Source: Isurus oxyrinchus
Lineage: Eukaryota
Assembly (NCBI GenBank): GCA_026770705.1
Contig: JANJGN010000007.1
Coordinates: 153,574,001 to 153,638,000, forward strand
Reading direction: 5' to 3'
Length of the DNA stretch: 64,000 bases
Made by a program: the position numbers and the translations under genes. Below are positions 39,496 through 50,889 of this stretch, piece by piece (the first letter of the stretch is position 1; the number at the start of each line of letters is the position of its first letter). A model generated the notes under the pieces. That model saw only the letters and a list, made by a program, of their open reading frames with translations, had not been told where the DNA came from and searched no databases.

Positions 39496-40109
39496 CCAGG
39501 TTTTGTAGTCAGAGGTGCAATGGTGCTCACTACTGAACTTAAAGAAAGCTTCCCACAAAGATGCAGAAATCTCTTGTGGTGTAGATTTCCCATTTCCTGA
39601 GATCAGTTTGAATCTGGTGCCAAACCTATGAGATCACAAAGGGCCAACAATCGTGATAGCATCAAGCAGAGTAAGCAGTCAATCATAATGAAGTATTCTC
39701 ACAGACAGCAAACCAGAACTAAGATTCTGTAACTATCCTTCATTTTCAATTACATTTTACAGAGGCTGAAATACATGATTGAGATGTACCTGGGATTAAG
39801 GCAGAAGCTGAAATCAAACAAACCTTTATTTAAAAAAAAACTAATTTTATCAAAATGGCAAAATTTGACATGATGCAACCTTCTTGAAATCTGTTCAATA
39901 TTAAACTATAATTAGGAATTAATACATGGACACTTCACAAAAATAAACAGACTAACATCTGAACTCTGATACCCGTTTGCTGACGTCAATTAGATATCAG
40001 AATCAGATATGTAAGGTTAAAAGCCACAAACTGAAGTAGGAGGAACAAGGTTGTGTTGTTGGGCTGACTTCAATTCCAAAGAATAAAACAAACTTTGAAA
40101 TGTTATTAT

Positions 40110-40650
40110 TGATTCTTACAATGAATGTCAAGATTGACTTACTAGAGCATATATTTTTGGGTCTTGCTGAAAATAAATCAGGTGCAATTTGTGTACATGC
40201 TCTTTCTGTCTGAAAAGGACAGGGCCATATGTATTAATATATGTAGCTTCCAGTACACAAGTGTGCCAACACTGCAAGCCCAACTGAATCTTAAATTGGC
40301 TGTCAGAGTAATTCTTAGCGCACTGACGGTTATTTAACAAATGTTGTCCAATCATATACTCATATCTAACGTTGGACACTGTTTTGAGTTTTGCAAGCAC
40401 CACCTGGTTAGGTACGGTCTGTACCTTGCCTATTGCGAACAGCGGAAAAGACATGCAATTTGATACGATCGCCAGCTGTACAGCCTACATAGCTAGCATC
40501 ACACTAGCACTAAAATTCTTATACTGGATTACTTATTTGAGATAGGCAGAATGTCTTTTTGGCTGCACAGCAGCATCCTGTAAGTAGCGAATACCACTCA
40601 TGTTGCTACTGCATTGTAGCAGCATGAAACAGCTAGCTTCACCTGTTGTT
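40110..40650 (-). mobile_element. Penelope-like element of a second family, GIY-YIG C-terminal fragment
   Basis: ORF 40128-40454: IGQHLLNNRQCAKNYSDSQFKI...LEATYINTYGPVLFRQKE. Confidence 0.7.
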
Positions 40651-41645
40651 CAAATTTTTGAGATACCTTACCCTTTCAGGGTAATTTGAGATAGACTGGG
40701 CACTTTTTAAAACCCAAGTCTTGCTGAAATAGGGTGCATCAAAGACATCCTGTGGGATAATGGTTACTCTGATCAGATAATTTCACACTGTTTATCGTGT
40801 AAACTCACGAACAGGCCAAAGACTGTTACTTTCAGCTCCAAATAATGAATAATTCAGACCTAACATCAATCCTTGCAGGGCATCAGCAGTCATATTCTAC
40901 TAATTAGAGTGCCTGTCTATAATTCCTACCCACTGTCTCTTGCCATTCGACCAATTTCCCAACCTAGCCAATAATTTACTTTCAATTCCATGGGCTTCAA
41001 CTTTAGCTAATAGTCTTATGATGGACTTTATCAACACCTTCAGGAAACCCGTAGAAATAACATCTCTGTTCTGTTCTAGCAGAACATCCCGCCTGAGCCC
41101 CTCTAATTAGGTTTCCCTCCTTGTACTTAACCCCCATACATCTTTCAGCACAGTTGATCATACTATTTTTCTTCACTACCTTTATGTTGTTCAGTTCTGC
41201 GGGACTAGCTTTGTTGCAAGCGGTTGTCATTGATTCCACTCTTACTTATCTAATCATAGCCAGAGTATTTCTGGTAATGGTTTCTCTCCAACCGCAGGCA
41301 ATTACCTCTTGCATCTCCAAAATATCCATTGATGGACCCTTCCTGATCTAGATCTGGTCTGTTAGCAGCAAAGACATGGTTGTCATCAAAGTGGCTGCCA
41401 CATGTATAGACTCAACCTCTCTCCAGCAGGACTGACTCACCTGATTTCAAAGTTGTCCTGGTCCAGAGTTTAATTTCATCCTTTGTCTGATCCTCGTTTT
41501 AACAAAGTCATTTTCTCTCTCTTTCAAGTGCTAAGGAACTCAAGCTCCAACAACTCATGAATATCAATGCCCCTCAAGGTCTCTCTTCCCCATCTCTTCC
41601 CTCCGACCCCATCCCTTCTTCTGATCAGACATAGTGACTTCTGAT

Positions 41646-41911
41646 AAAAACAAAAAAACTGCGGATGCTGGAAATCCAAAACAAAAAAAACAGAATTACC
41701 TGGAAAAACTCAGCAGGTCTGGCAGCATCGGCGGAGAAGAAAAGAGTTGACGTTTCAAGTCCTCATTACCCTTCGACAGAACTTGAGATCGAGTCCACTC
41801 GAACTCAAGTTCTGTCGAAGGGTCATGAGGACTCGAAACGTCAACTCTTTTCTTCTCCGCCGATGCTGCCAGACCTACTGAGTTTTTCCAGGTAATTCTG
41901 TTTTTGTTTTT
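41646..41911. mobile_element. Young fold-back (palindromic) Penelope-tail element with 11-15 bp TSD, nested in the older Penelope
   Basis: tgacttctgat at 41635-45 and 41916-26; near-perfect palindrome centred on 41795/41796. Confidence 0.9.
41808..41846 (+). ncRNA. Minimal type I hammerhead-ribozyme-like motif (mirror copy on minus strand at 41745-41783)
   Basis: AGTT-CTGTCGA-AGGGTCatgagGACTC-GAAA-C-GTC-AACT: stems I and II pair, palindromic ACGT stem III, core differs from CUGANGA at A6. Confidence 0.55.
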
Positions 41912-44479
41912 ATATTGACTTCTGATCTTTCCCTCTCTGAAACTAAAGGATCTGTACTTAGCAAAGGACTCAGCTTTATCTCCTTACACTCTACCTCAAT
42001 GAATTTCGAGCATGGCACGACATTCAGCTCTCCTTCCATTATCTTCACCTCCATGTTCACTTCTTTAGCCAGGAGTCCTCCCCCTGACCAGTGCACCCAA
42101 TCACATGCCTCCAGTATTCTCCCTCCACCTGGACCTATCCGCCTCTTAGCCACTCCTGATCTTTTCACTGGGAACAGTCACCCTGATATCAGCCATTTTA
42201 ATTTCTCTGCTCCCCTCGCTCACTCTAATCTGCATCCCTCTTACCTTGCTGCACTCTATTCTCTAAAGTCTAACCCCAACATTGTTACGAAACCTGCTGG
42301 CAAGGGTGGTGCTATTATCTGGCGCGCTGACCTCTATCTTGCAGGAGGCCAAGCATCCACTCAGACACTTCTTCCTACTAGCCCCCAAACCATGACCTCA
42401 TCATCAAACATCAAGCCCATTGTTTCCAGATCAATGACCTCATCTGCCCTAGAGATCTTCCCTCCACAGATTCTAACATTAAGAGTCCCCAAACCCCAAA
42501 CACACCACTTCTACATCCTTCCCAAAATCCACAAAAGGGGACAGACCTGGTGGACCCATCATTTCAGCCTGTTCCTGCCCCACCTGAACTCATATCTTCT
42601 TACCTTGACACCATTTTATCTGGGCTTGTCCACTCTTATCCCACTAAGTCCATTACGCTTCTGGCACCTCATGTCATTTCAATAATTTACAGTTTCCTGG
42701 CCCAAACTTCCTTCTCTTTGCTGTGTACGCCGATCTCTCTACACCTCCATCCCCCACCAGGACGGTCTGAGGATTCTCCATTTCTTCCTTGAACAGAGGC
42801 CCAACCAGTCCCCATCCATGATCACTCTCCTCTGCCCAGCTGAACATGTTCTCTCATTGATCAATTCCTCCTTAACTTGTCTCACTTCCTCCAAATAAAA
42901 AGGTGCTGCAATGGGTATCCGCATGGGTCCTGGTTATGCTGGAATTTTTGTGCGCTATGTGGAACATTCCTTGTCCCAGTTCAACACAGGCCTGCTCTCC
43001 AACTCTTTTTCCAGTACATTGATGACTGCATTGGTGCAGTTTTCTACTCTTGCCCGGAACTGGAAAACCATCAACTTTGCTTCCAATTTCCACTCTTCCC
43101 TCACCTTCACATGGTCCATCTCCAACCACTTCCCTTCCATTCCTCAATTTCTCTATCTCCAATTCTGGGGATAGATTGTCCACTCATACTTATTACAAGC
43201 CCACAGCTACCCCCAACCACACTTCCTCACACTCTGCTTCCTGTAACGACTCCATTTCATTCTCCCAGTTTCTCAGTCTCAGTCACATCTGTTCTGATTA
43301 TGCAACCTTTGACAACAGTGCTTCTGATATGTCATTTCTTTTATAAAGTGAAGATTTTCCCCAGTGGCTGACAAGGTTCTCAACCATGTCCTACCCATTT
43401 CCCACACTTTTTCTCTCACCCCTTCTCCTACTTCCAAGAACCACAATAAGGTTCTCTTTGTCCTCAATTACCATCCCACCAGCCTCCACATTCAAAGGGT
43501 CATTCTCCACCATTTACCCCACCTCCGGCATGATGCCACCACCAAACATATCCTCCCTTCCCCGGTCAGCATTCCAAAGGGATCATTCCCTCTGTGACAC
43601 CCTGGCCCACTCCCCAAAACACCTCGCAGCCACCGCCACCACCACCACCGCCCCCCCCGCCTCACTGTACCTTCTCATGCAATTGCAAAAGGTATACCAC
43701 CTACCACTTTTACCTCCTCTCTCCTCACCATCCAAGGTTCCAAACATTTCTTGCAAGTGAAGCAGTGATTTATTGTACTTCTTTCAATTTAGTATATTGC
43801 ATTCGCTGCTAACAATGCAGTCTTCACTACGCTGGAGAGACCAAATGCAGATTTGGTGACTGCTTTGCAGAACATCTCCACTCGGTCCACAGGCATGACC
43901 CAAACTGCCAATTGTTTGGTATCTTCATTCACCACCTTGCTCTCATACTTACGTTTCTGTCCTTGGCCTGATGCAGTGTTCCAGTGAAGCTTAATGCAAG
44001 CTCAAGGAACAGAACCTCATCTTTCATCTTGGCATTTTAGAGCCTTTGGGTCTCAACATTTAGTTCAACAGTTTCAGACCATGAACTCTATCCTCCATTT
44101 TAATTTTTTTTTTGCAGTTTGAATTTTGTTTTTCATGTTTTTGCTTTCAGGCAGGGCTGTTCATTATTCTGCCATTCACACTCACTCTGAACAAATGCTT
44201 GTTTCTTTTATACAACCACTCCCTTTGCCTTTTGTTCATGTCATTTTTGTCATTTAATCTCTCCCATCTTCTAACATATCTCAGACCTTCCTTTTTGTTC
44301 TTCCTCCCACTCCTCAATGGCATAAAGCACATCACATTTCTATCTTCATTCAATTTAGAAGAATCATATTTGACACAAAAGGTTAACTTTGTTTCTTTCT
44401 CCACAGAGGCTGCCAGATCTGAATACTTCCAGGACTTAGTTTTCATGTTAAAGTCATGAGGTCACCTTTTACACATTCA

Positions 44480-44831
44480 ACATCTCGATTTAAAAATTCA
44501 CATCCTTGTTTTCAAGACCCTCCATGGCCTCATTCCTCCCTACCTCTAACCTGCAACAGCCCTACAATCCACCAAGATCTGACCTCCTCCAATTTTGGTC
44601 CCTTACACATCTTCGATTTTAATCCATCCATCACTTAAAGCAGTGCCTTCAGCTGTCTGGATCTAATCTCCAGAATTCCCCCCCAATGCCTCTTTGCCTG
44701 TCCTTCTCTCTCTTCTCCTTCAGGATGCTCCTTAAAACCTATCTTTTTGACCACGTTTTGTTCACCTGTCCTGTTGTTCAGTGTTGAATTTCATTTGATA
44801 ACACTCCTGAAGCACCTTGGATGTGTTACTA
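44480..44831 (+). mobile_element. L2-like 3' end (continues at 46338-46385 after the hAT insertion)
   Basis: tttaaaattcacatccttgttttcaa...ctccttaaaacctatctttttgacca...cctgaagcaccttggatgtgttacta, resuming tgctaaagacactatataaatgcaagttgttgttg. Confidence 0.7.
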
Positions 44832-46337
44832 CAGGTTTGTCCAATCTGTGGACCTGGTTGCAGCCCGGGAAGCCATTCCATGTGGTCCACAGAGGCACTA
44901 CTGAAAGTGCAGATAAGATGAGTAGATCAAGTTGAAGGTTCTGTGAAGGGCTGCTCATCCAACCACAGGCCATTACTCAACCAGGCACAGGAGCAGAGAA
45001 AAAGGCAGAAAGAGGCACGCAGGAAGGGGCAATGGACAGAAGCCAGGGGGAAAGGAAGAAGGACATAGGCTGGGGGGCAAGGCAGGGGGGAGAGCAAGGT
45101 AGGGAGCGAGTGAGCAGGACAGAGCAACAGAGAGGGAGAGGGAAAGAGAGAGAGAGACAGACAGAGCAAGAGCTTGTGCCAGCCAGTGAGAGAGTGCGAC
45201 CAGCAAACAGAGTGACAAAAAAAGTCAGACAGACAGGTGCAGANNNNNNNNNNNNNNNNNNNNNNNNNNNNNNNNNNNNNNNNNNNNNNNNNNNNNNNNN
45301 NNNNNNNNNNNNNNNNNNNNNNNNNNNNNNNNNNNNNNNNNNNNNNNNNNNNNNNNNNNNNNNNNNNNNNNNNNNNNNNNNNNNNNNNNNNNNNNNNNNN
45401 NNNNNNNNNNNNNNNNNNNNNNNNNNNNNNNNNNNNNNNNNNNNNNNNNNNNNNNNNNNNNNNNNNNNNNNNNNNNNNNNNNNNNNNNNNNNNNNNNNNN
45501 NNNNNNNNNNNNNNNNNNNNNNNNNNNNNNNNNNNNNNNNNNNNNNNNNNNNNNNNNNNNNNNNNNNNNNNNNNNNNNNNNNNNNNNNNNNNNNNNNNNN
45601 NNNNNNNNNNNNNNNNNNNNNNNNNNNNNNNNNNNNNNNNNNNNNNNNNNNNNNNNNNNNNNNNNNNNNNNNNNNNNNNNNNNNNNNNNNNNNNNNNNNN
45701 NNNNNNNNNNNNNNNNNNNNNNNNNNNNNNNNNNNNNNNNNNNNNNNNNNNNNNNNNNNNNNNNNNNNNNNNNNNNNNNNNNNNNNNNNNNNNNNNNNNN
45801 NNNNNNNNNNNNNNNNNNNNNNNNNNNNNNNNNNNNNNNNNNNNNNNNNNNNNNNNNNNNNNNNNNNNNNNNNNNNNNNNNNNNNNNNNNNNNNNNNNNN
45901 NNNNNNNNNNNNNNNNNNNNNNNNNNNNNNNNNNNNNNNNNNNNNNNNNNNNNNNNNNNNNNNNNNNNNNNNNNNAAAGAGAGAGAAGGTGTGGGACTCT
46001 CTCCCATTCTCCGGATTCTCAGTCACCCTCATACGCACAAACCAACACATGCTCTCAGTCACTCTCACAGTGGGTGTGGGTGAATAAGTGACCAAGTGAA
46101 TAAGTCTGGGAGTGAGCTGGAAACACACACTCCAATGGTCATTCTTATTAATTACTTATTTTTAAATGTTGTCAATTTATTGTTTCGGCATTGCTTTATT
46201 TTTGCTGAGCAATTAGTTTATTTTCTTAACACAACATTCTTTGAAATTGATGCATCTTTCTGAAATCTTCTCCTCAGCCCCTTCAGTGAAAAAAAATTGG
46301 AATGTGGACCCCATGCAAAAAAGGTTGGACAAGCCTG
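44832..46337. mobile_element. hAT-type (Charlie-like) non-autonomous DNA transposon spanning the assembly gap
   Basis: TIRs caggtttgtccaa / ttggacaagcctg; perfect 8-bp TSD tgttacta (44824-31, 46338-45). Confidence 0.85.
45244..45976. other. Assembly gap (733 N)
   Basis: Run of N. Confidence 1.
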
Positions 46338-46439
46338 TGTTACTATGCTAAAGACACTATATAAATGCAAGTTGTTGTTGTTATGTTCCATGACTCAATC
46401 AATTCACCTCTTTCAATCTTTCTTCCACTGTTTCTGTGG

Positions 46440-47135
46440 TGCCAGGGTGCTGGTTTGGATGAGCTGGAACTTCCTCCAGCTAAACATTGGGAAAACCAAA
46501 GTTATCATTTTTGGAACCTGCACACACACCAACTCCACCCAGATTCCTTGGCCACCATCTTAGGCTGCACAGGTTATTTGCAACCTCAACATCATATCCA
46601 GCCTTCCGTTGTGCTTCAGACCTCATTTCCTCTTCATCACAAAGACTGTTTACTTTCTCTGATAGAGCACACCTCTACCTTTCCCTCAGCTCCTAAACCA
46701 TCTATTGTCAACTTCAGATTTAATTACACAAATTAATTACATAGGCCAGCCTACCACCCCTCACCATAAACTTATGTGCATTTAAAACTTTGCTGCTGTA
46801 TTCTATTCCACACCAAATCCCACTTGACTGTCACTCCAATTCTCACTGACCTTTAAGCTCCCTGTTCCTGAATGTCTCAAAATTTAAGTTCTCATTCTTG
46901 TGTTTAAAGCCCCACCCCACCTGTAACCCCTTCCATCCCTGCAATCACACACTTTGTTCCTTACACTCTAGCTTCTTGCTCAATCCTCTACTTTCATCCC
47001 ATGACTGGCAGCTATATCTTTTTACCTGTGTAGGTTCCACTGGCTTGAATCTACTCTCTTTAAATGAGTGGGTGGTCGAGAGCGGAACAACTTGGAGTGA
47101 ATTAAAGCCCTCCCTAAAATCAACTTCTTGTTGAA
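46440..47135 (+). mobile_element. L2-like LINE RT/3' fragment
   Basis: WMSWNFLQLNIGKTKVIIF in ORF 46297-46563. Confidence 0.7.
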
Positions 47136-47485
47136 ACAGTGTCCTCTTGCCCTAAAGTGTTCAAGAGGTCAAGGGTTACAAGTAAAATAGTTCAGTATTT
47201 TGCACAGTGCCTTCAAGGATGCATACATCCCACAAATCATTAATAAAGTTCACTGTAGAGTATGATGGCAACATCTTTGAGTTGTCAGCTGATGACAGTG
47301 ACACCTTCATCACCAATTTGTGCTGTACCAATATTATGCACTTAAGAGTCTGACAAGAATTCTCAGCCACATAACCAAAGAAACTGTCACATTTGTACTG
47401 AATAAAGCAATTTGCACACTGAGTCAGTTAGAAATATCAAACATTTATCCACCTTGATAGTAACATCCATTACAGAAATAAACTA

Positions 47486-48402
47486 TAGTAAGACCTCACT
47501 TAACGTTGCAGCTGAGTCCTGAAATTATGACTTTTCAATGATTCCTATGGGGACCAATGTTTCAATGTTAAAACTGTAGCTAGCTTCTATAGGACCATCC
47601 GCATGAGAGAAAAAAAATATTAAAACATGATACCCTCCAAGTTGAAATATTTTACGTTGCTAAATTCCAACTTGGCTCACTAAATAAATTTTAAAATCAG
47701 TTTAAAAGTACGAAAGAAAAGTATCTATTTACCTGCTCACCGCAGATCCTAGTTCCCAAACCTCCCACCCCATGGTCACTGCAGATCCTGTGCTCCCTGA
47801 CTGTCCAATTTGCGGCCTCTCCCCACTTCCATCCCCATTCAAGATCCAGATCCAGTCCAAAGTCGGAGCTCCAATGTTGTGGCAGCGTGAATCCCAATGG
47901 TGCATAAGTGCCAAACTGAGGCTGCTACAATCCATGTTTTTTTTTTCCCAATTGCTACCACTCATTGCTTCCTTCTCCTGAATCCTTGGTGTGAGCGAGG
48001 GCTTGGGTGAAGAGCAGCGAGGCAGCAGCAGCTTCGACAGTCATTTACAAGAAAAACACGGATTATAGCAACCCCAGCTTGGCACTTCTGAACCATCGGA
48101 ACTCGCACTTCTACCATAACAGAGCTCTGCATTCAGATCGGATCTGGATCTTGAATGGGAACACAGGTCCAGGAGAGGAAAGCGACAAGAGGAAGGGTCG
48201 GGGGTGGGGGTGAAGAGGCCACAACTCAGGCAGGTTGTGTGGAAAAAGAAGCCACTCCAAAATAGTGCTAATGGCGTCACATGGGAATAACATTAAAATT
48301 AATCTCAACAAGTTCAAATGCTCAACAAGATTATAGGCCTCATCAACTCAGTTAAAGGGACTTTAAATGCTAAATGGGGCGACATTAAACAAGGACCTAC
48401 TG
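47486..48402. mobile_element. Tc1/mariner (Tigger/pogo-like) MITE
   Basis: TA-flanked imperfect TIRs tagtaagacctcacttaacgtt / gacattaaacaaggacctactg; internal perfect 20-bp inverted repeat at 47834-53 / 48140-59. Confidence 0.6.
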
Positions 48403-48546
48403 TAGAAGAATCTATTTTGCTACATCATTCCAATGTCAAGTTGAATAGTCTCCAGACAAAAGTTCAAATCTTTCATATTGCAATTTTATCCTCACAGGTG
48501 CATTACAGCTAAATTTGAGTTCTGGCGAGGACCATCTACAGCAAGT

Positions 48547-48700
48547 TTGAAATAAAAACAGAAAAGGCTATGTAGAAGTTCTCAGCAGGTCAAACAGCAT
48601 CTGTGCACAGAGAAACAAAGTTAACGTTTCAGGTCAACCACCCTTCATCAGAATTGGAACAAATCAGAGTTGTAATAGGTTTCAAGCGAGTGCAGAAATT
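48547..48700 (-). mobile_element. Penelope tail with hammerhead-like core (48619-48655)
   Basis: Minus strand reads CTGATGA-agggtggttgacct-GAAACGTT-aact, followed by ctctgtgcacagatgctgtttgacctgctgag. Confidence 0.75.
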
Positions 48701-48799
48701 CCGTCCAAGAGAAGTGTAAAACTTCTTTTCTATAAACATCCCAAAGATATCAGATAAGCAAGGAACTAATGGGAGGAAAGATCTCATAACCGTCTCTAT

Positions 48800-49722
48800 C
48801 ATGAGTGGCAAAGTATTTGAGAAACTAATGGGACTAAAGGCAGACAAGTCACCAGGACCTGATGGCCTGCATCCAAGAGTTTTAAAGTGGCTGCAGAGAT
48901 AGCGGAGGCATTGGTCGAAATATTCCAGAACTCACTGGATTCTGGGAGGGTCCCAGCGGATTGGAAAACCGCTAATGTGACACCCCTATTCTAGAAGGGA
49001 GGGAGACAAAAAGCAGGAGACTATAGGCCAGTCAGCCTAACATCTGTCACTGGGAAAATGCTAGAGTTCATTATTAAGGAAGAAATAGCAGGACATTTAG
49101 AAGAGCTTAACGCAATCAAACAGTCAACATGGTTTTGTGAAAAGGAAATCATGTTTGACAAATTTGCTAAGAGTTCTTTGAGGATATAACAAGCAGAATT
49201 GATAAATGGAGAGAGACTCCAAAAAGTGCAGCACAGAGGGATCTGGGTGTTCTTGTGCATGAAACACAAAAGGTTAGCATGCAGCAAGTAATTAAGAAGG
49301 CAAATGGAATTTTGGCCTGTATTGCTAGGGGTTGGAGTTTAAAAATGGGGAAATCTTTTTAAAACTGTACAGGGTGTTGGTATAGCTGCATCTGGAGGAT
49401 TGTGTACAGTTTTGGTCACCGTATTTAAGAAAGGATATACTGGCACTGGAGGCTGTTCAAAAGGAGATTTACTAGGCTGATTCCTGGGATAAAGGGGTCG
49501 ACTTATCAAGAATGGCTAAACTTGTTAGGCCTTTATTCATTAGAGTTTAGAAGAATGGTGAGGGGTGATCTTATTGAAATGTACAAGTTTCTGGAGGGGC
49601 TTGACAGGGTAGATGTTGAGAAGATGTTTCCACTAGTGGGGGAATCTTGAACTAGGGAAAATAGTTACAGAATAAGGGGACATTCATTTAAAACTGAGAT
49701 ACGAAGGAATTTTTTTCTTCAG
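48800..49722 (+). mobile_element. CR1 ORF2 fragment with internal deletion
   Basis: LMGLKADKSPGPDGLHP...GDYRPVSLTSVTGKMLE; homologous to 59980-61320. Confidence 0.9.
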
Positions 49723-49727
49723 AGCCT

Positions 49728-49862
49728 TCTGCTCTGAAGGGTCAGACAGACTCAAAAAGTCAACTCTGTTTCTCTCTCCACAGATGCTGTCAGACCTGCT
49801 GAGTTTTTCCAGCATTTTCTGTTTTCCTTTCAGATTTCCAGCATCTGCAGTATTTTGCTTTT
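49728..49862 (+). mobile_element. Penelope tail
   Basis: aactctgtttctctctccacagatgctgtcagacctgctgagtttttccagcattttctg...atttccagcatctgcag. Confidence 0.8.
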
Positions 49863-50889
49863 AACTTTTGTACATGTATTTGAAATAATTGAAAGAGACA
49901 TTCAGTTATGTATCGGAAGAGATTTTCCCCTTCTGCCATCTTTTTCTGTCCTTCTCATTGTGCTTTTCCATCCATTTTCTCCCAATTCTGGCAGGCTATT
50001 TACTGCATCGTTATTTGCACCCCCCGCCCCCCCCCCCAACCCGCCCATTCTTGATGTTCATAATTTCTTCACATTTTTGCCCAGTTTTTATCAATTTCCT
50101 CCTATTTTTTACATGTTACCAACATGTTTCACCTTGATTTCCATCAAGCAGGTCTGCCTCAAAAAAAACTGTACAACTACAGAGTTTAGGAAAACAGCTG
50201 AGCAGTCTTTTTATTTCTGCATTAGTCAAAACATCATACACAGGATCTTTGGACTTGGCCCTTACAAAGAGACCAGGAGAAGATGAGCAAAATCTGAACA
50301 GTTTGTTTGCCCCAAATCAATAAGCTACAAAAAAAAGAACAAAAATATGAAAAATGTCTTGAAATATACACTAATATTTTGCAGTTGTCAAAGTATTCAT
50401 TACATACCACACCAGTCAAATCTTAATGCATCAAGGTCCTTCCTGCTGAGACACTAACACAATGCAAAAAACAAAATAACAACAGCATCAAGTCACATTG
50501 TTCAACTGGGCCAAAAGCCTGGGGACTTCCTTCCAAAAATGTTGTGGATGTACATACACTCCACAGGGACTGCAGCAATTCAAGGCGGTGGCTCACCATC
50601 ACCTTTTTAGGTATGGGCAACAAATGCTGGCCTTGACTGCGATGCTCACATCCTAAAAACTGCACACATTTTTGTCATAGCATTTACAGATACAGTAAGG
50701 AATTCCACATCTATAATCGACTTTAACACACTATAAATACTGAGCATAAAATAACTCATCCATTATATAAAAATATGAAGCTGTTTGAATATATTCCGGG
50801 CTGCAATTCATGACATACTTTAAACCCTTAGTTGGCAATAGAGTAAAACACTATACTTAGCTAGGTGTAGATTGTTCCCTGACACCAAG

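Larger units (their letters stand above)
41395..44455 (+). mobile_element. Near full-length decayed Penelope-like element (RT + GIY-YIG endonuclease)
   Basis: SVLSKGLSFI, NIVTKPAGKGGA, FYILPKIHK, MGIRMGPGYA, FFQYIDDCIG, SGDRLSTHTYYKPT, CTSFNLVYCIRC; many frameshifts and stops. Confidence 0.92.

Noticed and set aside
44977-46128. Long ORFs (260-383 aa) in the ORF track
   Set aside because: Artefacts of translating through the N gap.
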